A DNA stretch of 44,613 nt from the sequence record SRR31156797_7337; one strand, given 5' to 3'. Under the pieces are notes generated by a model. It was not told the origin of the DNA and searched no databases. It saw only the letters and a program-made list of their open reading frames with translations. The translations under genes and the position numbers were made by a program. Below are positions 19,083 through 28,583 of the stretch, one piece after another (the first letter of the stretch is position 1; every line of letters begins with the position of its first letter).

Positions 19083-21557
19083 ATGAGATTAATTGCATTA
19101 ACGATATTTCTATTTTCTCTTGTAATTCAGGGTTTTAGTCAAGGAGAGGCATTTGTAAGCGGTAGGGTTACAGATATTGACAATTATCCAATTGAATTGG
19201 CTAATATTGTCGTTGAAAATACACAAGCAGGCACAAGTACAGCTTATACGGGAAAATATAAAATTACTGTTCCAGCGAATGTAGAAGTTACTATTTACTA
19301 CAGTATGGTTGGTTTTAAGAGAGAAAAACGTGTAATTAATCTTCAACCCGGTGAAAAGAAAAGGTTAGATGTGCAGCTGGAAATGACTTCAGAGAAACTA
19401 GCAGAAATTGAGGTTGCAGAAGAGAGGAAAAGATATTCTACAGTTTTCCATATCAATCCAAGAACACTTGATCAATTACCGGATGTAACAGGCTCTGTAG
19501 AAGGCCTTGTGAAAACCATGCCTGGAGTATCTTCTAATAATGAGCTAAGTAACCAGTATTCCGTTCGTGGAGGAAATTATGATGAAAACCTCATTTATGT
19601 GAATGGAGTTGAAATTTACAGACCTTTCCTTGTTAGATCCGGTCAACAGGAGGGATTTAGTTTCCTGAACTCTGATATGGTAGCTAATCTTTCATTTTCA
19701 GCAGGTGGATTTGAGGCAGAATATGGCGATAAAATGTCATCTGTATTGGATATCCAATATAGGGAGCCTATAGGTTTGGGTGGTTCTGTTAAAGCTGGTT
19801 TAATGGGTGGAACTGCAACTATTTATGGGGGGTCTAAAAACCATAGATTAACTCAAATTACAAGTTTTAGATATAAGAAGTCCGGATATATATTAAACAC
19901 CCTTGAAACAACAGGTGACTATAATCCTACTTTTACAGATATACAAACCTATATTACTTATGATTTGACTGAAAAGTTAGAAATAGGATTTGTGGGCAAT
20001 TATTCCAACAATCAATATGAGTTTATTCCTAGCGATAGAGAAACAGATTTTGGTTTGGTAAATAATGCATTGCGTTTAAAAGTGTATTTTGAAGGTCAGG
20101 AGGTTGATCAGTTTATTACAAGTCAGGGAGCTTTTACAGTTAATTTTGATCCGACTGATAATTTGCATTTGCATTGGAGTGCTTCAGCTTTTCTTAGCCA
20201 GGAGTCAGAAACTTTTGACATATTGGGTGAATACTGGTTGAATGAGGTAGATAGTAACTTAGGCAGCAGCACATTTGGTGATAGCGTAGGTAGTTTAGCT
20301 GTTGGTTCCTATATTGACCACGCCAGAAATTACCTTGATGCCCTTGTTTATAATGTAAGCCATAAAGGAGAATACACAGCTGGTAATCATGATTTTAAAT
20401 GGGGTGTAAAGTGGCAGGTAGAAGATATCAGTGATGAAATAAGCGAATGGTTAATGCTTGATTCAGCCGGATATAGTTTACCTCCCGATAGTATTAACAT
20501 GACTGTGTTCACAGATTCGATGGCCACGTTATTTGAATCTCGCCGTTTCAGTAATTCGCTATATTCAAATAGATTTTCAGCGTTTGTGCAAGATACCTGG
20601 AATACCAGTATTGATAGTACAGACCTTTTTATTACTGGTGGATTAAGAGCGCAGTATTGGGACTTTAATGAGCAGCTTTTGATTTCCCCTAGAGCTACTA
20701 TAGCTTTGAAACCAAATTGGGATAAAGATTGGCTTTTCAGATTAGCCGGTGGTGTTTATTATCAACCTCCTTTCTATAAGGAACTGTTTGATAGAGAAGG
20801 TAATATCAATAAAAATATTAAAGCACAGGAATCCTATCATATTGTTGCGGCTGCCGACTATAATTTTAAAGCATGGCGAAGACCTTTCAAATTTGTATCT
20901 GAGATTTATTACAAGAAATTGAAAAATTTGATTCCATATTCAGTTGATAACTTGCGGATTGTTTATGAGGGGGATAACCTTGCATCAGGATATGCAGCCG
21001 GTTTGGACATGAAATTAACGGGTGAATTTGTGAAAGGAGTAGATTCCTGGCTGTCTGTTAGCTTGATGCAAACTGAAGAAGATCTAAAAAATGATAGCTA
21101 TGTAAAAACAAATGATGCTGGCGAAGAGACTATTATTTACCCTGGAAATATTTACCGCCCTACTGATCAGAGGGTTACTATAAATCTGTTTTTTCAGGAT
21201 TATTTCCCTGGTAACCCAACCTGGAAAGTCCATCTAAATATGGTATATGGTACAGGATTGCCATTTGGACCACCAAATTCGCCACGTTACACTGCAACTG
21301 GAAGAATGCCTGCTTATCGCAGAGTTGATATTGGAATGTCCAAATCATTGATATCAGCTGATCGTACCTATGAAAACAAAAAAGGACCAACCAAATGGTT
21401 TAAGGACTTTTGGATAGGAGTAGAAGTGTTTAATTTATTTGATATCAACAATACCATCTCTTACACATGGGTTCGCGATGTATATAATCGTGAGTATGCT
21501 GTTCCAAACTACCTCACAAGCAGGCTGTTTAATGTGAAATTGCAAGCGAGATTTTAA
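19083..21557 (+). CDS. TonB-dependent receptor with carboxypeptidase-like regulatory N-domain
   Basis: Signal peptide, SGRVTD...IELANI, plug motif YSVRGGNYDENLIYVNGVEIYRP, C-terminal F. Confidence 0.9.
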   Translation: MRLIALTIFLFSLVIQGFSQGEAFVSGRVTDIDNYPIELANIVVENTQAGTSTAYTGKYKITVPANVEVTIYYSMVGFKREKRVINLQPGEKKRLDVQLEMTSEKLAEIEVAEERKRYSTVFHINPRTLDQLPDVTGSVEGLVKTMPGVSSNNELSNQYSVRGGNYDENLIYVNGVEIYRPFLVRSGQQEGFSFLNSDMVANLSFSAGGFEAEYGDKMSSVLDIQYREPIGLGGSVKAGLMGGTATIYGGSKNHRLTQITSFRYKKSGYILNTLETTGDYNPTFTDIQTYITYDLTEKLEIGFVGNYSNNQYEFIPSDRETDFGLVNNALRLKVYFEGQEVDQFITSQGAFTVNFDPTDNLHLHWSASAFLSQESETFDILGEYWLNEVDSNLGSSTFGDSVGSLAVGSYIDHARNYLDALVYNVSHKGEYTAGNHDFKWGVKWQVEDISDEISEWLMLDSAGYSLPPDSINMTVFTDSMATLFESRRFSNSLYSNRFSAFVQDTWNTSIDSTDLFITGGLRAQYWDFNEQLLISPRATIALKPNWDKDWLFRLAGGVYYQPPFYKELFDREGNINKNIKAQESYHIVAAADYNFKAWRRPFKFVSEIYYKKLKNLIPYSVDNLRIVYEGDNLASGYAAGLDMKLTGEFVKGVDSWLSVSLMQTEEDLKNDSYVKTNDAGEETIIYPGNIYRPTDQRVTINLFFQDYFPGNPTWKVHLNMVYGTGLPFGPPNSPRYTATGRMPAYRRVDIGMSKSLISADRTYENKKGPTKWFKDFWIGVEVFNLFDINNTISYTWVRDVYNREYAVPNYLTSRLFNVKLQARF

Positions 21558-21560
21558 GAA

Positions 21561-21629
21561 GATATTGGATGTTAGATCTAAGATATTAGATTTTAGATAT
21601 CTGATCTTTGATCTCAAATCCAACATCCA
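21561..21629. repeat. Degenerate 7-bp tandem repeats arranged as two inverted arms
   Basis: GATATTG GATGTTA GATCTAA GATATTA GATTTTA GAT followed by ATCTGAT CTTTGAT CTCAAAT CCAACAT CCA; TGGATGTTAGAT can pair with ATCCAACATCCA (one mismatch). Confidence 0.8.
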
Positions 21630-21644
21630 TTAATGACTAAATCT
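21618..21644 (+). repeat. Direct repeat copy A (27 bp)
   Basis: ATCCAACATCCATTAATGACTAAATCT, 26/27 identical to 23259-23285. Confidence 0.85.
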
Positions 21645-21670
21645 CCAATGCTTGAATGAAATTAGTTTTG

Positions 21671-22966
21671 CTAATTAACTTTGACTTTCTTGCAGGCAGA
21701 TTTGTTGCCAATCAATACATTCACTAAATATAATCCTGATTCAAAATCAGACATGTCAATTTCAATGGATTGTTTTTTTGTTTCTGTTTTCAGTATTAAT
21801 TGACCTTCTACATTGTAAATACATATAAGCTTATCATTCATAGTATCTTCAGAATGAAATTCGATGCTGAATTTATCAACTGCCGGATTAGGATATGCGC
21901 TTAGTTTAACTTGATTGATATTGCTTTTGTCAATTATTCCAACACCGGCATTATTCAATGTATAATACATATTGCCCCATGTGTTAATAACATAGGTCTG
22001 TTGCTCTGAAAAAGACTTTAAAACCCACTGAGTACACATATTCCCATCAAAGTAATTGCCATCATGATAATCCCATTGATCGGTATATAAATTATAATGA
22101 TCAACCCAGGCAGAATAAGAATTTGCCGGATAAATGGAAAGAATAAAAAATGATCTAATTGAATTCATTTCTATTGGTCCATGCTCAGATCCATAGTTAT
22201 AATCTGATTGATAAATCCATGTTTCACTTCCATCTGTTGTTGAATAAATTCTAGAATCTGCAAAATAAACTCCTGTATCAAGATTATAAAAATCAAAACT
22301 TTCTTCAACATCATTAGCTACAACTACATTTGAGGCTCCCAGATCGGTAGTTTTATACAAAAAATCCTGGGACAAATACCAGCCTGTAGTCTCGTTAAAG
22401 AAATCGATTTTTTTAATGCAATTTGTGCCGACCGCATTTTGATTTTCAATTACTAGCTGGTCGTTATCAAAGTTAAATAGCCCAATAATATATGTGTCAT
22501 CTATACTTAAAGCCTGAAAAACAGCATGATCTTCATTCACAATATTAACTTGTTGAAATTCTTTTAAATCAGCAAATTGAAATTCAATTCCACTAGCAAC
22601 ATTCTGACTAAAATAGGATACCGTTGCAATATCCGCCTTTTTTCCATACACCAATCCCCAGTCATAACCATATTCGATTCCTTTACCATGAAAATAAACG
22701 GTATCAGACAATTCTATAGTAATTCCTTTGTCTGAAGTGTAAAAGAAATATGTGGTATCGCTTCCAGGGGAGAATAATACATATCCAATGTCTGAATTGA
22801 TAAATGTGATATCTGTTTTCATGTCTTCTGGGTAAATCAGATTTTCTATAATAAAATCTGAAATCGTATTATTTACTTGCCATTGAGCATTAGTAGTTCC
22901 CAAATTTAGAACCCCAATAAATACCAATAGTAAAACTCTTGTAAATAGTGTGCTTTTTAATCTCAT
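21671..22966 (-). CDS. T9SS type A sorting domain protein with BNR/Ycf48-like repeats
   Basis: Signal peptide; Asp-box-like YTSDKG, YKTTDLG, YSTTDGSETW; CTD AYPNPA...IYNVEGQLI...SGLYLVNV...KKVKVN; TAACTTTG promoter at 23017-23024. Confidence 0.88.
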   Translation of the reverse strand: MRLKSTLFTRVLLLVFIGVLNLGTTNAQWQVNNTISDFIIENLIYPEDMKTDITFINSDIGYVLFSPGSDTTYFFYTSDKGITIELSDTVYFHGKGIEYGYDWGLVYGKKADIATVSYFSQNVASGIEFQFADLKEFQQVNIVNEDHAVFQALSIDDTYIIGLFNFDNDQLVIENQNAVGTNCIKKIDFFNETTGWYLSQDFLYKTTDLGASNVVVANDVEESFDFYNLDTGVYFADSRIYSTTDGSETWIYQSDYNYGSEHGPIEMNSIRSFFILSIYPANSYSAWVDHYNLYTDQWDYHDGNYFDGNMCTQWVLKSFSEQQTYVINTWGNMYYTLNNAGVGIIDKSNINQVKLSAYPNPAVDKFSIEFHSEDTMNDKLICIYNVEGQLILKTETKKQSIEIDMSDFESGLYLVNVLIGNKSACKKVKVN

Positions 22967-23111
22967 AGCTGTGTGTTTTCATATACAGTTTCTCAGGCGT
23001 AAAGCCTTCGTCTATCCAAAGTTAAACATTATTAAGTAAAAACATTGGATATATTCAGGAAAAGTAACAATAATTAACTGATGTGTATAAAGATCTAGGT
23101 ATTAAAGCGAG

Positions 23112-23145
23112 TCAAACCATGAGGAACTGTTTGCACATGGTTTGA
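23112..23145. other. Inverted repeat / possible terminator hairpin downstream of the DUF5916-like gene
   Basis: TCAAACCATG-14 nt-CATGGTTTGA; weak U-tract. Confidence 0.45.
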
Positions 23146-23227
23146 GGAGACTATAGTAAAACAATTATTTTTTTCTATTAATTAAAAACGGTCAACTCTA
23201 ATCAGGGAAGGTCAAGTTCAAAGGTCA

Positions 23228-23270
23228 AACATCTAATATCCAACATCCAACATCCAATATCCAACATCCA
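23228..23270. repeat. 7-bp tandem repeat array, about 6 copies of AA(C/T)ATC(C/T)
   Basis: AACATCT AATATCC AACATCC AACATCC AATATCC AACATCC A, abutting the DUF5916-like stop codon. Confidence 0.88.
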
Positions 23271-23285
23271 TTAAAGACTAAATCT
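23259..23285 (+). repeat. Direct repeat copy B (27 bp), includes the last 4 codons + stop of the DUF5916-like gene
   Basis: ATCCAACATCCATTAAAGACTAAATCT. Confidence 0.85.
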
Positions 23286-25898
23286 ATAAGTTGCCTTAAT
23301 CAAGAACACATTGTACGGTGAAATATCGAAAATATCTTCCCCTGAATTACTGAAGTTGTATTTACCTTTATCACGATAATCAAATCTGTTTTGCGTCCAT
23401 ACAAGGTAAATTTCTGATCCGGGAATATATTCCCAGCGCACCACAAGGTTGGATATGAAATCCATTACAATAAAATCAGGATTTTCTATGGTATAGTCCG
23501 TTGTACCGTCACCGTTGTGGTCAATTTCGTATTCATCTGATGTATTCAATGCAATTTCATTATCTGAATATTCTTGGAATCTGTTATGATATTCATCGGC
23601 CATTGGGTCAGTTATGCGCTTAAAGTGCGAGTAGCGGCCTACACTAATGAATGGTTGTCCCCAATATTGTATAGACAGTTCAGGAGTTAGGTAAACATTA
23701 GCTCTTAGATTAAATCGCAATGTTTTTTGATTAATCCTGGCCATCATATAATTTGTTTCATCATTATATGAGTATTCATCTACATATTGAAGGTTGTTTT
23801 TGTTTGTAGAGAATCCTGAATAGAATTCTAGATTAATCATTTTATGCGGTTTGTATTCTAACTCTGTCCAGGTTTCATAGTAATAGCTGTGGGCATCCTG
23901 ACTTTTATTGTAACTTCCTCCAACGCTAACTTTTAATTTTTTTCGTGAGTCACTTGCTATCCACCACCAAAGATTCTTATTAGCAGGATTTTTTAAGTAA
24001 GGTCCCCCAAATAAGGCCGATTTGGAAAGGTTTGAAGCATTAAAATTCATTCCAAGTCCACAATAGTAGTAGTTTGTGAATTGTGCATTTAAATTGAAAT
24101 TTCCCCCAGTTGTGAGTCTGGTTCCATTAAAATCATGGACTTGCCATTGATTTATATTGAAATGCAATGATCTTAATATACTCCATGGCTTTAAGGTGCG
24201 ATACTGAACCCAAAATAGCTCTGAGATATGATCTGCTTCTTGTTGGTAACCAATGTCGTTCAATTCAAGTTCAGGTGATTTTACATTAAAGAATATGGCA
24301 CCTCTAAAATGTCCTTTTCCCATTTTTCCCACCATTAAGGTCTGTCCATATCCGGTTAGTGAGTTTCGTGTTGAATCGTAGCTAAGGTGCGGAGCATCTG
24401 GTCGGTCAAAATAGTGGGTTGAGTTATTTTGTACATTCTGAATGGCTTCTTTTGAGCCTTGAACGTGTGAAAATACACTTCTGGCTTCCACAATATAGGT
24501 TTTATCTTTCCATTGGTGACGGAAATTAAATCCGCCCGTATATGCGTTGGAAATCATATCTTCTAAATGCGGAGCATCTAGTTTTCTGTTAGTTGATGTG
24601 AAAATACCGCCAATAGTAGTATTTCCTTCATCGAAATCTCTTTCAACTCGTGCAAGAAAATAGTTTGTTAACGGTTCAATTTTAATAATACGATTATCTG
24701 TGCCGTCGTCAATTTCTGTATATTCTTCATCAGTTGTCGATTCCAAAATACCAATTGACCATCCATTCTTTGTTTTACCTGTTAGTTTTAATGCACTTAA
24801 GATTGTCGTGTTCTGTGGTCGTTTTTCGTATTCATCATCATCTAAATCAGGATAATATCGAGGATTTCGGCCAATACGGCGTGAATAGAATAAATTGTCA
24901 GACATGAAATCACCCATGGCCATCAATCTATAATTCATGATATTACTGCCTTCAATGAAGAATGGCCGTTTTTCACTAAAGAAAGTTTCATAAGCTGTTA
25001 AGTTCACTTCTGATGGGTCAGCTTCTACTTGACCAAAATCGGGATTAATAGCCATGTCCAGTGTGAGGTTATTGGTAATTCCAAACTTACCATTCACTCC
25101 ACCATTTACTTTAAATTTATATCCTTTGTCCATAAATGGATTGTCTGGTTCTTTCTCAAACTGATCAACAGAAGTTACTAAATAGGGTGTAATGGATGCT
25201 TCTTTTTTTGGTTTAATATCTCGAATACCATTTAAAGTGCCAAATTCGCTAACCCAACCTGCTGCTTCTTTCGATATTAATTTCCATTGGTTCATTTCCT
25301 CCAAACGATAAATATATCTTGAAACTTCAAGTCCCCATGATTGTTCTTTTTCAGCACTAAAACGGAGTTGTGTTAAAGGGATTTTCATTTCAGCAGTCCA
25401 GCCTTCTTCATCTATATTTGTTTTTACATACCAAATGGGATCCCAGTTATCATCGCTATTTGAGCCATCATCAGAAATAACAGCATCGGATTTTACACCT
25501 GAAGCGCTTACTCCAAATTCAAAAGCTGTACGTTTATCATGATAACTATCAAAGGCAACCAAAACAAAATCACCATCCATATCGTCTCTGCGTGAAAGCT
25601 GACGTTCAATTTTGTCGGGTTCAGTATCATAAGCTCTAATTCCCACATAAATAAAATTATGATCATACAGAATCTTAATGACAGTGCGTTGAGAGGGTTT
25701 GTTTCCTTCGACTGGTGACCATTGTATAAATTCATTGATCCATTCTGCATTATCCCATGCTTTGTCGGTAAAAATACCATCAATTACGGGAGGTTCTGAA
25801 ATGAATTGAGTAGTATAAACTTTATCTGCTTGGGCTTGGGTTTGAAAAGAAACTGCTAATAACAATGCGATAAAAATAGTTAGGCGAATGGGCTTCAT
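23271..25898 (-). CDS. Carbohydrate-binding family 9-like domain + DUF5916-like outer membrane protein
   Basis: Signal peptide; PPVIDG...W, WTAEMKIPLTQLRF, NPDFGQVEADP, ETFFSEKRPFFIEG, FYSRRIG. Confidence 0.85.
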   Translation of the reverse strand: MKPIRLTIFIALLLAVSFQTQAQADKVYTTQFISEPPVIDGIFTDKAWDNAEWINEFIQWSPVEGNKPSQRTVIKILYDHNFIYVGIRAYDTEPDKIERQLSRRDDMDGDFVLVAFDSYHDKRTAFEFGVSASGVKSDAVISDDGSNSDDNWDPIWYVKTNIDEEGWTAEMKIPLTQLRFSAEKEQSWGLEVSRYIYRLEEMNQWKLISKEAAGWVSEFGTLNGIRDIKPKKEASITPYLVTSVDQFEKEPDNPFMDKGYKFKVNGGVNGKFGITNNLTLDMAINPDFGQVEADPSEVNLTAYETFFSEKRPFFIEGSNIMNYRLMAMGDFMSDNLFYSRRIGRNPRYYPDLDDDEYEKRPQNTTILSALKLTGKTKNGWSIGILESTTDEEYTEIDDGTDNRIIKIEPLTNYFLARVERDFDEGNTTIGGIFTSTNRKLDAPHLEDMISNAYTGGFNFRHQWKDKTYIVEARSVFSHVQGSKEAIQNVQNNSTHYFDRPDAPHLSYDSTRNSLTGYGQTLMVGKMGKGHFRGAIFFNVKSPELELNDIGYQQEADHISELFWVQYRTLKPWSILRSLHFNINQWQVHDFNGTRLTTGGNFNLNAQFTNYYYCGLGMNFNASNLSKSALFGGPYLKNPANKNLWWWIASDSRKKLKVSVGGSYNKSQDAHSYYYETWTELEYKPHKMINLEFYSGFSTNKNNLQYVDEYSYNDETNYMMARINQKTLRFNLRANVYLTPELSIQYWGQPFISVGRYSHFKRITDPMADEYHNRFQEYSDNEIALNTSDEYEIDHNGDGTTDYTIENPDFIVMDFISNLVVRWEYIPGSEIYLVWTQNRFDYRDKGKYNFSNSGEDIFDISPYNVFLIKATYRFSL

Positions 25899-25922
25899 GG
25901 TTTCAGGCTTTATAGATGTTGT

Positions 25923-25938
25923 TCAAATCATATACCAA
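25923..25938 (-). promoter_or_regulatory. Putative sigma54 (-24/-12) promoter
   Basis: Minus strand TTGGTATATGATTTGA fits the TGGCAC-N5-TTGC spacing with mismatches; 24 bp upstream of the ATG. Confidence 0.6.
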
Positions 25939-25994
25939 CTACATGTTAAGTATTGGTAATGAGTATTTAAGTATGTTTTTATTATTTAGCATAA

Positions 25995-26031
25995 TGTTCA
26001 TTTTCGGACACCATGTGTCATAAAACATACA
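25995..26031. promoter_or_regulatory. Two tandem TGT-N10-ACA sites (candidate enhancer-binding-protein UAS)
   Basis: TGTTCATTTTCGGACA (25995-26010) and TGTCATAAAACATACA (26016-26031), 21-bp period. Confidence 0.55.
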
Positions 26032-26289
26032 TCTAATTGACGAATTCAAAAATAAAATGTGACAAATTTTAAAAGGTTGAATCATAATTGTTTGAATTGT
26101 ATTTGTGTAATAGACTGAGATTTATTTAGTTAAGTAATCTAATTATTTTTGGCTGAATTGGTCTGTTATTTGCTTACACCTATAATGAATTTAAAACGAA
26201 TAAATGGTTACATAAATGGTTCATTTATTTTGAAGCTTCATTAATTAATCGTTTATTTGCCATTTTTAAAACCTAAAGCATAACCAATT

Positions 26290-26829
26290 ATGATGATTGA
26301 AAAGAACAAGGTAGTTGAATTAACATATGAATTAAAAGATCAGTCTGCCGAAGGGGAAACTATTGAAAAAGTAACTGAAGAGCGTCCATTAACTTTTATT
26401 TTTGGTGCAGGACTTATGTTACCAAAATTTGAAGCTAATATTGAAGGATTAAATCCTGGAGATGAATTCAAGTTTGGATTAAAAAGCACAGAGGCTTACG
26501 GAACTAAATCTGAAGACATGGTAATGGATTTACCATTGAATGTATTTGAGGTTGACGGAAAAATTAATTATGACCTTGTAAAAGAAGGCGCTATGATTCC
26601 TATGATGGACAAAGCAGGTAACCGTTTAAATGGTACTGTACTTGAAGTAGGAGATGAAGCTGTTAAAATGGATTTCAACCACCCAATGGCTGGAAAAGAT
26701 CTTCATTTTACCGGTAATATTGTAAATGTAAGAGAAGCTACAGAAGAAGAATTAGCGGCAGTTATGCATAATCATAATCATGACCATGGTTGTGATAGTT
26801 GCGGTGGCGGAAGCTGCGAATCTTGCTAA
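26290..26829 (+). CDS. slyD: FKBP-type peptidyl-prolyl isomerase SlyD
   Basis: PLTFIFGAG, EAYG, MDFNHPMAGKDLHF, REATEEE, His/Cys-rich tail. Confidence 0.92.
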   Translation: MMIEKNKVVELTYELKDQSAEGETIEKVTEERPLTFIFGAGLMLPKFEANIEGLNPGDEFKFGLKSTEAYGTKSEDMVMDLPLNVFEVDGKINYDLVKEGAMIPMMDKAGNRLNGTVLEVGDEAVKMDFNHPMAGKDLHFTGNIVNVREATEEELAAVMHNHNHDHGCDSCGGGSCESC

Positions 26830-26850
26830 TTTTTCAACACAAGATATTTT

Positions 26851-26878
26851 AAAGCGTTCCTTTTGGGACGCTTTTTTT
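26851..26878 (+). terminator. Intrinsic terminator
   Basis: AAAGCGTTCC-tttt-GGGACGCTTT plus T run. Confidence 0.85.
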
Positions 26879-26936
26879 ATTGCCATTAAATTCATATCAT
26901 TGTTTTTCGAAACAACGATTCTAAAATATTATTGAT

Positions 26937-28256
26937 ATGATATTCAGAAAATTGGCACTTCACTGGAAGATTTTAATTGGTCTAGCATTAGGCATTGTGT
27001 TTGGTTTTGTAGCTTCGGCTGCAGGCTGGAAAGAGTTTACCATAGATTGGGTTAAACCCTGGGGAACTATATTTATCCGCATGCTGAAATTAATTGCAGT
27101 ACCATTAATCTTTTTCTCATTGGTGCAGGGGATAGGAAGTTTGCAGAATATTTCAAAGCTATCAAGAATGGGACTCAAAACCCTTTCATTATATGTGCTT
27201 TCAACAGTTATTGCTATTAGTGTTGGATTAGGAATGGTGAATTTAATTCGCCCTGGATCTGATTTTCCGGAGGATAAAAAAGAAGAGTTTCAGCAAATTT
27301 ATGGTAGCGATGCCGATTCAAAAATTGATTTGGCACATAGCAGTAAGGAAGGTCCATTGCAGTTTTTGGTTGATATTGTTCCCGATAATATTGTAGGTGC
27401 AGCTTCAAGTAATATAAATATGCTTCAGGTGATTTTCTTTGCTATACTTTTTGGAATATCACTGGTAATGCTGGAAAGATCCAAAGTTGAAGTTGTGCAT
27501 AAATTTGTTAGCGGTGTAAATGATGTGATTATCACCATGGTTAAGCTAATAATGCGAACCGCTCCTTATGGTGTATTTGCTTTAATGGGAAGTCTTATGG
27601 TAGAATTGGCAGGTGACGATCCAGCTTCATCAATTCAATTACTACAAAGTCTGGGAATGTATGCTCTTGTGGTGATTGGTGGATTGATTTTTCTAATTGT
27701 ATTTGTTTATCCTACTTTACTTTCAACTTTTACTAAACTTAAATACTTTCAGTTCCTAAAGGGAATATTTCCTGCGCAATTATTGGCATTTAGTACAAGT
27801 TCTAGCGCTGCCACATTGCCGGTAACTATGCGACAATGTGAGAATGAATTAGGTGTGAGTAAAGAAGTTAGTAGTTTTGTATTACCAGTAGGAGCCACCA
27901 TTAATATGGATGGAACAAGCCTTTACCAGGCTGTTGCTGCTGTATTTATTGCTATTGTTTTTGGGTACGATTTAACACTTGGACAGCAATTAACCATTAT
28001 ATTAACTGCTACGCTGGCTTCAATTGGTTCGGCTGCTGTTCCAAGCGCAGGAATTGTAATGTTGGTAATTGTTTTAGAATCAATTGGTGTCCCCAGTAGT
28101 GGAATAGCACTAATTTTTGCTGTAGATAGACCTTTAGATATGCTGAGAACCGTTGTTAATGTGACTGGTGATTCAGCTATTGCATCTATTGTTGCTGCAA
28201 GCGAAAATAAACTTGACCCGGATAATATTCCTCCAAAAACAAATGAAAATACATAG
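26937..28256 (+). CDS. gltP: Dicarboxylate/amino acid:cation symporter (GltP family)
   Basis: AFSTSSSAATLP, GATINMDGT, AVDRPLDMLRTVVNVTGD. Confidence 0.92.
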   Translation: MIFRKLALHWKILIGLALGIVFGFVASAAGWKEFTIDWVKPWGTIFIRMLKLIAVPLIFFSLVQGIGSLQNISKLSRMGLKTLSLYVLSTVIAISVGLGMVNLIRPGSDFPEDKKEEFQQIYGSDADSKIDLAHSSKEGPLQFLVDIVPDNIVGAASSNINMLQVIFFAILFGISLVMLERSKVEVVHKFVSGVNDVIITMVKLIMRTAPYGVFALMGSLMVELAGDDPASSIQLLQSLGMYALVVIGGLIFLIVFVYPTLLSTFTKLKYFQFLKGIFPAQLLAFSTSSSAATLPVTMRQCENELGVSKEVSSFVLPVGATINMDGTSLYQAVAAVFIAIVFGYDLTLGQQLTIILTATLASIGSAAVPSAGIVMLVIVLESIGVPSSGIALIFAVDRPLDMLRTVVNVTGDSAIASIVAASENKLDPDNIPPKTNENT

Positions 28257-28305
28257 AGATTTTTATTTATATTCGTATACATTATTAAACTAAAATATTA
28301 ATCAA

Positions 28306-28578
28306 ATGGCTACAAAAAGAGAAGCAAAAAAGAAGATAAAAACTGAGTATAGAAAGTTAAGAGAAGATATTGAAAACTACCTTGCTAAAGGAACTGAAGC
28401 GGGTAAAAAGAAAGCTCAGAAACTACTTGATAAAGTTAATAAAGCGGAGGAAGGACTCGTAAATGATATAAATAATTCAGCCGATACAACAAAAAAGTAT
28501 TTTAAAGACTTGTTCTCACGTGCTGTAGATCAGATTGATAAGGAATACAATGAACTAAAAGATTTAATCAGTAAGTAA
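28306..28578 (+). CDS. Hypothetical small helical protein
   Basis: 90-aa charged ORF with an AT-rich leader, ending 5 bp before the next gene. Confidence 0.75.
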   Translation: MATKREAKKKIKTEYRKLREDIENYLAKGTEAGKKKAQKLLDKVNKAEEGLVNDINNSADTTKKYFKDLFSRAVDQIDKEYNELKDLISK

Positions 28579-28583
28579 ATCAT

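Noticed and set aside
21435-21626. 63-aa ORF with heptad-like LRSKIRYLKSNI pattern
   Set aside because: An artefact of translating the 7-bp repeats; overlaps the TonB receptor antisense.
21561-23270. Repeat arrays as a CRISPR
   Set aside because: Period 7 with no unique spacers, and no cas genes.
26200-26221. ATAAATGGTT direct repeat upstream of slyD
   Set aside because: Short and AT-rich, with no supporting context.
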